In this document: positions 11,334 through 26,300 of the stretch, one piece after another | How the letters are laid out: each line of letters opens with the position of its first letter | Numbering within the stretch: position 1 is the first letter of the stretch | NCBI GenBank assembly: GCA_036785375.1 | Contig: JAWMAR010000053.1 | Span: forward strand, 4,588,001 to 4,652,000 | From: Leucoraja ocellata | Lineage: Eukaryota | Direction of reading: 5' to 3' | Length of the DNA stretch: 64,000 nucleotides | Program-made: the position numbers and the translations under genes | Notes under the pieces: generated by a model | Seen by the model: the letters and a program-made list of their open reading frames with translations, nothing else | What the model was told of the DNA's origin: nothing | Databases searched by the model: none

Positions 11334-14300
11334 ATGTGCCCGGACCTCCTTCTAACCCAAGAGTGCTTGACACAACAAAGACTACTGCTAGTTTAACTTG
11401 GGGAAGACCTCATTATGATGGTGGCCTTGACATTATTGGCTATATAGTTGAACACAAGAAAGAGGGAGATGAAAACTGGATAAAGGACACAACAGGAACT
11501 GCACTCCGAATAACAGAATTTGTTGTTGCTAATCTTCAGTCAGGAGAAAAATATCACTTTAGAGTTAGTGCACTCAATGCAGTGGGTGTGGGCGAGCCTG
11601 CACAAGTTGAAGATGTCACTGAAATTAAGGAACGTGAAGCAGGACCTGATTTTGAGTTAGATGCTGAGTTAAGAAGAACTCTTGTTCTCAGAGCTGGAAC
11701 AACCATTCGCATTTTCGTTCCAATCAAGGGGCGACCAACTCCTGAGGTCACATGGTTTAAAGGAGACGTCCCTGTTAAAGGCCGTGCCACTGTAGAAAAT
11801 ACAGATTCATACACATTCCTACTTGTTCCAGAATGCACCAGATATGATGCTGGAAAGTATACAATGTGTCTTGAAAATGTTGCTGGTAAAAAGAGTGGTT
11901 TTGTAAATGTAAAAGTCCTAGATTCACCAGGACCACCTTTAAACCTCAAAGCCAGAGAAATAACAAAAGACAGCATTACAATGCAGTGGGATATGCCAAT
12001 GATTGATGGTGGTTCAAAAATAATCAACTACATTGTAGAAAAACGCGAATCAACTCGTAAGGCATACACTACCTTTGCAACTAATTGTCAGAAATGTTCA
12101 CTCAAAATCATCAATTTGTCAGAAGGGTGCCAATACTATTTCAGAGTAATGGCTGAGAATGAATACGGCATAGGTGAGCCAGCTGAGACTGTTGATCCTT
12201 TAAAAGCATCTGAAGCCCCATTACCTCCAGAGCGTTTGCATATCATGGATATAACAAAGCATACTGTTAGCCTAGCTTGGCCAAAACCAGAACATGATGG
12301 TGGTAGCAAAATTACAGGATATGTACTTGAGGCACAGAAAAAAGATTCTGAAAAATGGTTGGCTCTAGCAAAAGTGAAGACTTTAGATTATGTTGCAAAG
12401 AATCTTAATGAAAATGAAGAGTATACGTTCCGTGTCATGGCAGTTAATGCAGCTGGAACGAGTGAGCCACGAGAAAGCAGACCGGTTCTTGTTAAAGAGC
12501 AAACAATGCTTCCAGTACTTGACTTGCGTGGCATTTATCAGAAGTCAGTGATTGCAAGAGCTGGGGATAATATCAAAGTTGACGTTCCAGTCCTTGGTCG
12601 ACCACATCCAACAGTCACATGGAAAAAGGATGGCCAGGCTATGAAGCAAACACAGAGAGTGAATGTTGAAAGTACAGCAAATTCAACCATTCTGAACATT
12701 AATGAATGCGTGAGAAGTGATGGTGGCAAATTTACATTGACAGCTGTGAATGTACTAGGTGAAGTGAGTGATGTCATCACTGTTCAAGTTCATGACATAC
12801 CTGGCCCACCCAAAGGTCCAATTAAATTTGACGAAATTTCATCTGATTATATTTTGATGTCCTGGGAGCCTCCTGAAAGTGATGGTGGTGTGCCTATCAA
12901 CAATTACATTGTTGAAATGCGTGAAACCAACAGCACAACTTGGATAGAGAAAGCGGCTACCGTGATACGTACAACATTTAAAGCTGCTCACCTTACTACT
13001 GGAACTGAGTATCAGTTCCGAATTAAGGCTGAAAATAGATATGGTACTGGTCCTGCAATTGCCTCAGAGGCAGTTGTTGCAACATATCCATTTAAAGTGC
13101 CAGGACCTCCTGGAACTCCACAAGTTATTGCTGTTAATAAGGACTCAATGACAATCACCTGGAATGATCCAGTTTCTGATGGAGGAAGTCGCATTTTAGG
13201 ATATCACATTGAAAGAAAGGAAAGAAACAGTATTCTTTGGCAAACTATAAGCAAGGCTTTGGTTTTAGTTACCACATTTAAATCATCTGGGCTGACTGAT
13301 GGCATTGCATATGAATTCCGTGTTGTAGCAGAAAACATGGCTGGCAAAGGTAAACCAAGTAAAGCATCAGAACCAGTTTATGCATTAGACCCTATTGATC
13401 CTCCTGGTAAGCCAGTTCCAATCAATATTACAAGGCATTCAATTACACTCGTATGGACAAAACCAGAATTTGATGGAGGCTTCAAGATAACTGGTTACAC
13501 AGTGGAAAAAAGGGATTTACCGAATGGTCGCTGGCTTAAGGCAAACTTCAGCAATGTATTAGAGACTATGTTTACCATCAGTGGTGTCAATGAAGGTGAT
13601 ACATATGAATTCCGCATAGTAGCTCGAAATGCTGCTGGTGCAGTAAGCAAACCATCTGAGCCGACAGATGCAATAATATGCAGAGATGACATTGAAGAAC
13701 CCAAAATACTGGTCGATGCCAAATTCAAGAGTGTTTTACTGTTGAAAGCTGGTGAAATATTTAAACTTGAGGCTGATGTTAGAGGACAACCTCCACCAAC
13801 CATGGTTTGGACAAAAGGTGGAAATGATCTTGAAGAAACAGGAAAAGTGGAAGTAAAGATGACCGATTTCTCTACTGCACTGATCCATAAAGATAGTGTG
13901 AGAAGAGATGGTGGTGCTTATACACTCACTGCATCCAATCCAGGAGGATCAGCACAACATGTGTTTAATGTCAAAATTTTGGACAGACCAGGACCACCTG
14001 AAGGGCCTATTGCAATTTCAGATGTTACAGTTGAAAAATGTGTGATATCATGGTTACCACCACCAGATGATGGGGGAGCAAAGATTGAATATTACATCGT
14101 TGAAAAACGTGAAACCAGTAGACTTGCTTGGACAAATGTGGCTACAGATGTTCAAGTAAATAAGTTAAAAATAACCAAACTTCTGCAAGGAAACGAATAC
14201 ATTTTCCGTGTAATGGCCGTTAATAAATATGGAATTGGTGAACCATTAGAATCGGATCCTGTTCTTGCTGTTAATCCATTTGTACCACCTAGCCCACCAA

Positions 14301-17300
14301 AGAACCCTGAAGTTACATCAATTACAAAGGATTCAATGGTGGTTTGCTGGGGACATCCTGATTCTAATGGTGGAAGTGAAATCACAAACTATATTATTGA
14401 AAGACGTGACAAGGCAGGAATGCGATGGGTTAAATGCACCAAAAGGATAGTTACTGATTTCCGATACAAAGTTGGTAAACTCACAGAAGGGCACGAATAT
14501 GAATACAGGATCCAGGCTGAAAATGCTGCTGGTTTAAGTCAACCTAGTTCAACAAGCCCATTCTACAAAGCATGTGACACCGTATTCAAACCTGGGCCCC
14601 CAGGTAACCCCAGAGTGCTAGACACCACCAGATCTTCAATCACTATTGCATGGAATAAACCTATTTACGATGGTGGCTCGGAAATCACAGGTTACATGGT
14701 AGAAACATGTCTGCCTGAAGAAGATGAATGGACAGTTGTAACCCCACAAAGTGGACTGAAGGCCACATCATTTACAATCATAGATTTAAAAGAAAACCAA
14801 GAGTACAAAATTCGAATCTATGCTATCAACTCTGAAGGCATTGGAGAACCTGCACATATACCTGGAACAGCTAAAGCTGAAGATAGATTATTGCCTCCTG
14901 AGATTGAGCTTGACGCAGATTTGCGCAAGGTGGTGTCTATAAGAGCTTGCTGCACGTTGAGATTATTTGTTACAATTAAAGGAAGACCAGCTCCTGAGAT
15001 TAAATGGGCAAGAGAAAATGGGGAACCCCTAGACAGGGCTTCAATTGAGAATACAAGCTCTTACTCGCTCCTTGTCATTCCCAATGTTAATAGATTTGAT
15101 AGTGGCAAATATATCCTGACAGTGGAGAACAGTGGTGGCAGCAAGAAGGCTTTTGTCAATGTTAGAGTTTTGGATACCCCAGGGCCAGCACAAAATCTCA
15201 AAATTAAGGAAATTTCCAAAGACTCTGTTACAATTACATGGGAACCTCCTCTTATTGATGGCGGCTCCAAGATTAAAAACTACATAGTGGAGAAAAGAGA
15301 GTCAACAAGAAAAGCATATTCTACAGTGAATGCCAACTGCCATAAGACAAGTTGGAAGGTGGATCACTTACATGAAGGATGTAATTACTACTTCCGTATT
15401 CTTGCTGAAAATGAATATGGCATAGGTCTGCCTGTTGAGACAACTGAATCAGTTAAAGTATCCGAGCGACCACTTCCACCAGGCAAAGTAACACTTGTGG
15501 ATGTAACAAGAAACAGTGCAGTTTTGACATGGGAGAAACCAGAACATGATGGAGGCAGCAGAATTTTAGGATACATTGTGGAAATGCAAAGCAAAGGAAG
15601 TGAAAAATGGACAATATGCACTACTGTGAAAGTAACTGAAGCCACAATAACAGGGCTGACGCAGGGTGAAGAGTATATGTTACGAGTATCGGCACAAAAT
15701 GAGAAAGGTATCAGTGATCCCCGACAACTGGGAGTTCCAGTAATTGCAAAGGATCTTCTGATTGCCCCTGCTTTTAAGCTTTTGTTCACCACCTTCAGTG
15801 TCCTAGCAGGAGAAGACTTGAAAGTCGATGTACCATTTATCGGACGACCTAAGCCAACAGTCTCTTGGCTGAAAGATAATCAAACATTAAAACAGACAAC
15901 ACGAATTAATGCTGAAAGCAAAGATAATAAAACAGTTCTTTGCATTAAGGAAGCCTGTCGTGAAGATGTTGGGCGGTATAATGTGAAACTTATAAATTGT
16001 GCTGGTGAAGTATCTGAAGATCTTAGCATTATTGTTTTAGACAAGCCTGGACCTCCAGCTGGACCAGTTGTCATTGATGATGTTACTGCAGATCATATCT
16101 CAATATCGTGGAAAGCACCAGAATATGATGGTGGCTGTCAGATCAGTAATTACATTGTTGAGAAAAGAGACACTTCAACCACTACCTGGCAGATGGTTTC
16201 TGCCACTGTTGCCCGTACAACAATCAAAGCTGCACGTTTAAAGACCGGTACCGAATATCAGTTTAGAATTGCAGCTGAAAATAGATATGGAAAGAGCAGT
16301 TATCTTATTTCTGAATCTGTCGTTGCACAATATCCTTACAAGGCTCCAGGCCCACCTGGTACTCCATTCTTAACAAATGTCACGAAGGACAGTATGGTAG
16401 TACAATGGAATGAACCTGTCATTGATGGTGGCAGTAAGATTTTAGGTTACCATCTTGAACGCAAAGAAAGAAACAGCATTTTATGGATGAAGCTGAATAA
16501 AACAATTATTTCCGATACTAAATTCAAAACCACGAATCTCGAAGAAGGCATTGAATATGAATATAGAGTATCTGCTGAGAACATTGTTGGCATTGGAAAA
16601 CCAAGTAAAGTATCTGAATGTGTTGCAGCTAGAGACCCTTGCGATCCGCCAGGTCGTCCTGAAGCTATAATTGTGACTAGAAATTCAGTGACACTGCAGT
16701 GGACGAAGCCAGAATATGATGGTGGCAGTAAAATCACTGGCTACATCGTTGAAAAGAAAGAACTTCCTGATGGTCGCTGGATGAAGGCAAGCTTCACTAA
16801 TGTCATTGATACACAGTTTGCAGTAACTGGCTTAACAGAGGACCAAAGGTATGAGTTCAGAGTAATAGCAAGAAATGCAGCGAGTGTTTTCAGTGAACCT
16901 TCTGAATCCACTGGTCCAATCACTGTTCGAGATGAAGTAGACCCACCACGAATTAGCATGGATCCACAATATAAGGATGTTATTGTAGTGCATGCAGATC
17001 AATCATTCAAAATTGAAGCTGATGTATATGGTAAACCAATACCTACAATTCAATGGATGAAAGGAGACCACGAACTTGCAAATACAGCTAGGCTTGAAAT
17101 TAGAAGTACTGACTTTAATACACACCTGTCTGTGAAGGAAGCCATCCGTGTAGACAGTGGCCCCTACACCCTTTTGGTAAAGAATGTAGCTGGTCAGAAG
17201 TCTGTAACTGTTAATGTGAAGGTGCTTGACAAACCAGGACCACCAGAAGGGCCAATTATTATCAGTGGAGTCACTGCCGAGAAGTGCACATTAAGCTGGA

Positions 17301-20300
17301 AGCCACCATTACAGGATGGTGGTAGTGATGTTTCACATTATGTTGTTGAGAAAAGAGAAACAAGTCGTTTAGTCTGGACAGTTGTTGATGCTAATGTACA
17401 AACTTTAAGTTGCAAAGTTACCAAACTTCTGGAAGGAAATGAATATATCTTCCGTATTATGGGTGTAAACAAGTATGGTGTAGGTGAATCACTTGAATCT
17501 AGCCCTGTAATAGCAAAGAATCCATTTGTTTGCCCTGATGCACCAATGGCACCAGAGGTTACTGCTATCACAAAGGATTCAATGGTAGTTGCATGGGGCA
17601 GACCAGCATCTGATGGCGGTAGTGAAATTCAAGGTTATATTTTGGAAAAACGTGACAAGGATGGCATACGATGGACAAGGTGTAACAAACGGCTGATTAG
17701 TGAACTACGTTTCAGGGCTACTGGACTTATTGAAAACCATAATTATGAGTTTAGAGTATCTGCTGAGAATGCTGCTGGTGTCAGTGAACTAAGTCCATGC
17801 TCTATCTTCTATAAGGCATCTGACCCCATCTACAAACCTGGACCACCTAACAATCCTAAAGTAATTGACTTTACAAAATCTTCTGTCTTCCTTTCATGGG
17901 GAAAACCTATTTATGATGGCGGCTGTGAAATCCAAGGATACATTGTAGAGATGTGTGATGTAAGTGTTGATGAATGGACAATGTGCACAGCAGCAAGTGG
18001 GATTATGCAGACCAGATTTGAAGTGGATAAATTGCAGGAAAAACATGAATACAAGTTCCGTGTCTGTGCTATCAATAAGGCTGGAGTTGGTGAACACTCT
18101 GACTTTCCTGGCACTGTTCTTTTGGAAGATAAGTTAGAAGTCCCAGATCTTGACCTTGATGCAGATCTAAGGAAGATTATTAATGTCAGAGCCAGTTGTT
18201 CTTTGAGATTATTTGTTCCCATTAGAGGCCGGCCTACTCCAGAAGTAAAATGGTCCAAAGCTGATGGTGAAATAAGAGACACTGCACAGATTGAAGTTTC
18301 TGATAGTTATACATTACTTGTCATTGATAATGTTAATAGATATGACTCGGGCAAATACATATTAAATTTGGAAAATAGTAGCGGAACAAAATCTGCCTTT
18401 GTTAATGTGAGAGTCCTTGATACACCAAGCCCACCAATAAATCTTAAAATCAAAGAAATAACAAAAGATAGTGTCACTTTATCCTGGGAACATCCTCTGT
18501 TGGATGGAGGTGCCAAAGTTAAAAATTTTATTGTTGAAAAGCGAGAATCTACAAGGAAGGCATACTCGGCTGTTACCACGAATTGCCACAAGACGTCTTT
18601 TAAGATAGAACAACTTCAAGAAGGTTGCAATTATTACTTTAGAGTAACAGCTGAAAATGAACATGGAATTGGATTGCCTGCAGAAACGATTGACCCAGTT
18701 AAAGTATCTGAAGTGCCACAGCCTCCGGGAAAAATAACAGTGATTGATGTAACAAGGAACTGTGTGTCCCTTGCGTGGGAAAAGCCAGAACATGATGGCG
18801 GTAGCAGAATTATCCAGTACATTGTGGAAATGCAAACAAAAGGTAGCGAAAAGTGGTCAGCTTGTGCTCATGTAAAGGCACTTGAGGCGACAATTAGTAA
18901 CTTGGCCCAAGGGGAGGAATATGTGTTCCGAGTCGTAGCAGTGAATGAAAAGGGGAAGAGTGACCCAAGAACTCTTGCAGTGCCAGTGGTTGCGAAAGAT
19001 CTTGTGATTGAACCAGATGTCAGACCAACATTTAGTAGTTACAGTGTTCTGGTAGGGCAAGACCTAAAAATTGAAATTCCTATATCTGGACGTCCTAAAC
19101 CGAACATTACTTGGATAAAGGATGGTCAGCCACTCAGGCAGACGACCAGAGTCAATGTTGTTGACTCTGACAATAGTACGGTACTCAGCATTAAGGAATC
19201 AATTCGAGATGATCATGGATTATATACCATCACTGTGGCTAATGTTGTTGGCCAAAAAGCAGCATCCATTGAAATAATAGCACTTGATAAACCTGGCCCA
19301 CCAAGTGGCCCTGTAAGACTTGATGCAGTTAGTGCTGAAAGCATCACAATTTCATGGGATCCTCCAAGCTTTACTGGTGGCTGTCAGATAACTAACTACG
19401 CCGTTGAGAAGAGAGATACGACTACCACAAACTGGGACATTGTTTCAGCTACAGTTGCTAGAACAAGTCTGAAGATAAACAAACTTAAAACTGGAGCCGA
19501 ATATCAGTTTAGAATATTTGCTGAAAATAGGTACGGTAGAAGTTTTGCTTTGGATTCTGGGACAATTTTAGCACAGTATCCCTTTAAAGAGCCTGGTCCA
19601 CCAGGTACACCATTTGTAGCAACTGCTAGTAAAGACAGCATGGCTGTCCAGTGGCATGAACCAATTAATGATGGAGGTAGTAAAGTCCTTGGTTATCACC
19701 TCGAACGTAAAGAAAGAAACAGTATTCTCTGGACAAAAGTCAATAGGACTATAATACAGGATACAAGACTTAAAACTACAGGACTTGAAGAAGGCATTGA
19801 ATACGAATTTAAAGTATATGCTGAAAATATTGTTGGTATTGGAAAACCCAGCAAAGTTTCAGAATGCTATGTTGCTCGTGATCCATGCGATCCTCCAGGT
19901 TGCCCGGAAGCAATTATTGTAACAAGAAATTCAATAACTCTTCAGTGGACAAAACCAGAATATGATGGAGGCAGCGTCATTACTGGATATATTGTAGAGA
20001 AACGTGACTTACCCGAGGGTCGCTGGATGAAGGCAAGCTTTACAAACATAATTGAAACCCAATACACTGTAACTGGTCTCACTGAAGATGACAGGTATGA
20101 CTTCAGGGTAATTGCCAAGAATGCTGCTGGTACATTTAGCAAACCATCTGACAACACTGGGCCAATTACTGCAAAGGATGAAGTTGAGCTACCTAGAATA
20201 TCCATGGATCCAAAATACAAAGATACAATAGTGGTTCATGCAGGTGAAACATTTAAGTTAGATGCTGATGTTCATGGCAAACCATTGCCCATTTTACAGT

Positions 20301-23300
20301 GGATCAAAGGTGAAAAGGAAGTTGAAGAGTCAGCAAGACTTGAGGTCAAAAATACTGATTTTAAAGCTTTACTTCTAGTTAAAGATGCGATCAGAGTAGA
20401 TGGTGGACAGTATATACTTCAAGCCTCAAATGTGGCTGGTACAAAATCTGTTTCAATCAATGTAAAAGTCTTGGACAGACCAGGACCTCCAACAGGTCCA
20501 ATCCGAGTAACTGGCGTCACCATTGAAAAGTGTTCATTATCCTGGGGCCCACCAGAACATGATGGTGGAAGTGATATTGCACATTATATTATTGAGAAAA
20601 GGGAAACTAGTCACCTGGCTTGGACTGTTGTGACATCAGATGTCAAAGCTACAATGCATAAAGTTACCAAGCTCCTGGAAGGTAATGAATATATCTTCCG
20701 AATAATGGCTGTGAACAAGTTTGGTGTTGGTGAGCCCTTGGAGTCTGAACCCATTGTGATGAAGAATCCATTTGTACCTCCTGGTCCACCAAAATCTTTG
20801 GAAGTAACTAATATTGCAAGAGACTCGATGACTATCTGCTGGAATAGACCAGATGACAATGGTGGCAGTGAAATTATTGGTTATGTCCTGGAGAAGAGGG
20901 ATAAGGCTGGAATCAGATGGACAAAGTGCAACAAACATAACATAACAGATTTGCGTTTCAGAGTCACAGGTCTCGCAGAGGACCATGATTATGAATTTAG
21001 GGTAACTGCTGAAAATGCCGCTGCATTTGGTGAACCAAGCCATCCAACAAATTTCTATAAAGCGTGTGATCCAATTTACAAGCCTGGGCCACCATCAAAT
21101 CCTCGCGTTGCAGATACAACAAAAGATTCTATTATGCTTATATGGGGCAAGCCAATTTATGATGGTGGCAGTGACATTCAAGGATACATAGTGGAAATCC
21201 GTAAAGCAGACGAGGAAGACTGGACAATGTGCACACCACAGACTGGACTCCAAGTGACTCGCCTTGAAATTGGAAAGCTTATTGAACATCAGGAATACAA
21301 TATTCAAGTATGTGCCATCAATAAGATTGGAGTTGGAGAGCCAGCACAAGTTCCTGGTATGGTTAAAACGGAAGATAAACTTGAACCACCAGAAATTGAA
21401 CTCACAGCAGAGTTAAGAAAAGGAATCACAATAAGAGCTGGCAATACTATCAGAATCTTCGTACCATTTAAAGGGAGACCAACACCTGAGATCACTTGGT
21501 CTAAGGAAGAGGGTGAGCTATCTGAAAAGTCTCAAATAGAAAAGAGCCTGAGTTATACTCAATTAACAATAGATAACTGTGATAGAAGTGATGCTGGCAA
21601 ATATATCCTGACTTTGATAAACAGCAGTCTTACTAAATCTGCATTTGTTATCGTAAAAGTCCTTGACACACCTGGAGCTCCACAACATTTAACTGTAAAG
21701 GAGATAAGGAAAGAATCAGTTACACTAGTATGGGAACCACCCATTATTGATGGAGGTGCAAAGGTTAAGAATTACATTATTGATAAGCGAGAAGCAACCA
21801 GAAAAGCCTATGCTAATGTAACCACTAAATGTAGTAAATGCAATCTCAAAATTGAGAATCTAGCTGAAGGAGCTATTTATTATTTCCGAGTAATGGCAGA
21901 AAATGAGTTTGGTGTTGGTGTACCTGTTGAAACTGTGGATGCTGTAAAGGCTTCTGAACCACCTTTACCACCAGGAAAGATCACCCTTGTCGATGTCACT
22001 CAAAAGACTGTGTCACTTATTTGGGAGAAACCTGACCATGATGGAGGTAGCAGAATCATGGGATACTTGGTTGAAATGCAACCTAAAGGATCGGAGAAGT
22101 GGGGTGTTGCTACCCAATCCAAAACTTGCGATGCAGTTGTTTCTGGTCTCAGTTCAGGGCAAGAATATCTGTTCCGTGTGATTGCTTTCAACGAGAAAGG
22201 AAAAAGTGACCCTAGACTGTTGGCTGTGCCAGTGATAGCCAAAGATCAAAGTATAGCACCAGAATTTAGGCTCTTATTCAACACGTATAGTGTTCAAGCC
22301 GGGGAAACTCTGAAGATTGAAGTTCCATTTATTGGCCGTCCAAAACCCAAGATTGTATGGATGAAAGATGGGCAGACACTAAAACAAACAACAAGAGTTA
22401 ATGTTGAAGATGGAGAAACAGCTACAACCCTTCTTATAAAAGAAAGTCACAGAGATGACTATGGGAAGTATTCAGTAAGTGCTACAAATGCTGGCGGAAC
22501 AGTAACAGAAGAAATTGGCATTATCGTGCTTGATAAACCAGGTCCACCAATTGGACCTGTAAGATTTGATGAAGTTAGTGCGAATTTCATTGTAATATCA
22601 TGGAATCCACCTGAATATACTGGAGGATGTCAAATTAACAATTACATAGTTGAGAAACGGGACACAACTACAGTTACATGGAACCTGGTGTCTGCAACTG
22701 TGGCACGGACAACGATTAAAATCACTAAACTTACCACAGGATCTGAATATCAATTCAGAATCTTTGCTGAAAATAGATATGGAAATAGTTCATCTTTGGA
22801 TTCTACAGCAGTAATAGCACAGTACCCGTACAAACTACCCGGACCACCAGGAACTCCATTTGTGTCATCTGCCACAAAAGACAATATGCACGTGCAATGG
22901 AATGAACCAGTGATTGATGGTGGAAGTAAAATATTAGGTTACCACCTTGAACGCAAAGAAAGAAACAGTATTCTCTGGACAAAATTAAACAAGACCATTC
23001 TTCAGGATACACAATACAAGTGTAATAACCTGGAAGAAGGTATTGAATATGAATTCAGAGTGTCTGCAGAGAATATTGTTGGCATTGGTAAACTTAGCAA
23101 GGTGTCCGAATGTTATGTAGCACGTGATCCTTGTGATCCACCTGGCTGTCCTGAGGGAGTTGTCATCACAAGAAATTATGTTACTCTACAATGGAAAAAG
23201 CCTCAATATGATGGTGGAAGCAAAATTACTGGGTATGTTGTTGAAAAGAAAGATCTTCCTGATGGTCGCTGGATAAAAGCTAGTTTTACAAACATTATTG

Positions 23301-26300
23301 AAACTGAATTCACAGTTTCTGGATTAACTGAAGATGCAAGATATGAATTTAGAGTACTTGCGAGAAATGCAGCTGGTATTTTCAGTGAACCATCTGAAAG
23401 CTCTGGACCAATTACAGCGAGAGATGAAATTGAAGCTCCAAGGGTTTCCATGGACCCCAAGTACAAAGATATAATTATTGTTAATGCAGGAGACACCTTT
23501 GTATTGGATGCTGACATCCATGGTAAACCTATCCCTGATGTAGCATGGATCAAAGATGGCAAAGATATTGATATAAATGTTGCAAGAATGGAGATTAAAT
23601 CCAGCATTCAAAGAACTAGTCTTACTGTCAAGGATTGTATACGAACTGATGGAGGACATTACATACTTAAGCTCAGTAACGTAGGTGGAGAGAAATCTAT
23701 TCCTATAACTGTTAAGGTTCTTGATAGGCCCGGCCCACCCGAAGGTGTTTTGAAGGTTTCCGGTGTTACTGCAGAAAAGTGCTACCTGGCTTGGAATCCA
23801 CCTTCTCAGGATGGTGGTGCCAATATTTCTCACTACATAATTGAGAAGAGAGAAACTTCCAGACTTTCATGGACACAAGTAGCATCTGATGTGCAAGCTA
23901 TTAGTCACAAAGTAACCAAACTTCTTCCAGGTAATGAGTACATTTTCCGTGTAATGGCAGTAAACAAATATGGAATTGGTGAGTCGCTGGAATCTGAACC
24001 AGTTGTGGCTAAAAATCCGTACCATACCCCAAGTGCACCAACAACGCCTGAGGTGACAGCTATTGCTAAAGATTCTATGGTTGTGACGTGGGGACATCCT
24101 GTGGACGATGGTGGAGCTGAAATTGAAGGTTACATACTGGAGAAGCGAGACAAAGATGGAATCAGATGGGTCAAATGCAATAAGAAGAGGTTGACCGATT
24201 TACGATTTAGAGCTACTGGCTTAACAGAAGGTCATTTCTATGAATTCCGTGTGTCTGCTGAAAATGCTGCTGGCGTAGGTGACACAAGTGAACCATCCAT
24301 TTTCTACAGAGCCTGTGATGTAATTTATGTTCCTGGCCCACCAAACAATCCAAAGGTGATCGACACAACAAAATCCACAGTATCCCTTGCATGGAGCAAG
24401 CCAATTTATGACGGTGGAGCTAACATTAAGGGTTATACTGTGGAGATTAAAGAAACCAATGCTGATGACTGGATCACATGCACGCCTTCAACAGGTGTAC
24501 AATCAAGACATTTCACATTAACAAACATGAAGGAGAATACCGAGTATAATATCCGCATCTGCGCCATTAATTCAGAAGGAGTAGGCGAACCTGCTAATAT
24601 ATCTGGTACAGTAGTTGCAGCTGATAAGCTTGAAGCACCAGAAATTGAGTTGGATGCTAATCTCAGAAAGGTGGTGTCTGTACGAGCTGGTGGTACTTTG
24701 AGGTTATTTGTTCCCATTAAAGGAAGACCAGAGCCTGAAGTAAAATGGGAAAAAGTTGAAGGTGCTTTAAGTGAGAGAGCCCAGATTGAAGTTACAGGCT
24801 CCTACACCATGTTAGTGGTGGATAACGTTAACAGATTTCACAGTGGCAAGTATAATTTGACTTTGGAAAATAACAGTGGTAGCAAATCTGCTTTCGTTAA
24901 TGTCAGAATACTTGATTCACCTAGCAGTCCTGTGAATCTGCACATAAAAGAAGTGAGAAAAGATTCAGTAACTATATCATGGGAACCACCTCTTATTGAT
25001 GGTGGAGCTAAAATAACAAATTACATTGTTGAAAAGCGTGAATCTACTAGGAAAGCTTATGCTGCTGTTACCAACAATTGTATGAAAAACACATTCAAAA
25101 TTGATTCATTACAAGAAGGGGGGATTTATTTATTCCGTGTAATGGCAGTCAATGAGTATGGAATTGGCTTACCAGCAGAGACTGCTGAGCCTGTTAAAGC
25201 ATCTGAGGTGCCCTTGCCCCCAAGCAAAGTGATATTGGTAGATGTAACAAGAAATAGTGCAACACTTACCTGGGAGAAACCGGAACATGATGGAGGTAGC
25301 AAAATAACTTCCTACATTGTTGAAATGCAGACAAAAGGAAGTGAAAAATGGATTTCATGTGCCCAAGTGAAGGCACTAGAGACAACAGTGAAAGGATTAA
25401 CCTCAGGTGAAGAATACACCTTTACTGTGCGAGCTGTTAATGAGAAAGGAAAGAGTGATCCAAGGCAGTTAGGAGTACCAGTAATTGCAAAAGATATTGA
25501 AATTGAACCCTCTGTTGAGCTTCCTTTCAATAGTTTCAGTGTTAAGGCTGGTGATGACCTCAAGATTGATATACCATTTAGAGGAAGACCTTTGCCAACG
25601 GTGACATGGAAGAAAGATGGCCAGCCTTTGAGACAAACAACGCGATTAAATTTTCAGACAACAAAAACATCAACTCTTTTGACCATCAAAGAAGCCTTAA
25701 AGGAAGATGTTGGAAAATATGAACTAACTGTTGCCAATAGTATAGGATCAAAAACTTTCTTAATTAATGTAATTGTTCTTGACAAACCGGGACCACCAAA
25801 TTGTATTCGTCTTGATGAAATTAGTTCTGATTATGTGGTTATATCTTGGACAGCACCAGAATATGACGGTGGTTGCCAAATTACCAATTACATTGTTGAA
25901 AAGAGAGACACCACAACAACAACCTGGCAAATAGTTTCTGCCACTGTAGCAAGAACATCAATTAAAATCATAGGACTTACAACAAGAAGCGAATACCAGT
26001 TCCGTGTTTATGCAGAAAACAGATATGGTAAAAGCCACTCTTGTGAATCTCCTGCTGTTGTCGCAGAATATCCATTTAAACTGCCTGGTCCTCCATCAAC
26101 TCCTATCGTTGCACATGCCACCAAAGGTTATATGATTGTAAAATGGAATGAACCCGTTTTCGATGGAGGTTCTAAAATTATTGGATATCACCTTGAATGC
26201 AAAGAAAGAAGCAGTATCCTGTGGAAGAAGATGAATAGAGGTCCAATTAATGACACAAAAATGAAAGTAACTGGCCTTGAAGAAGGTCTGTCATATGAGT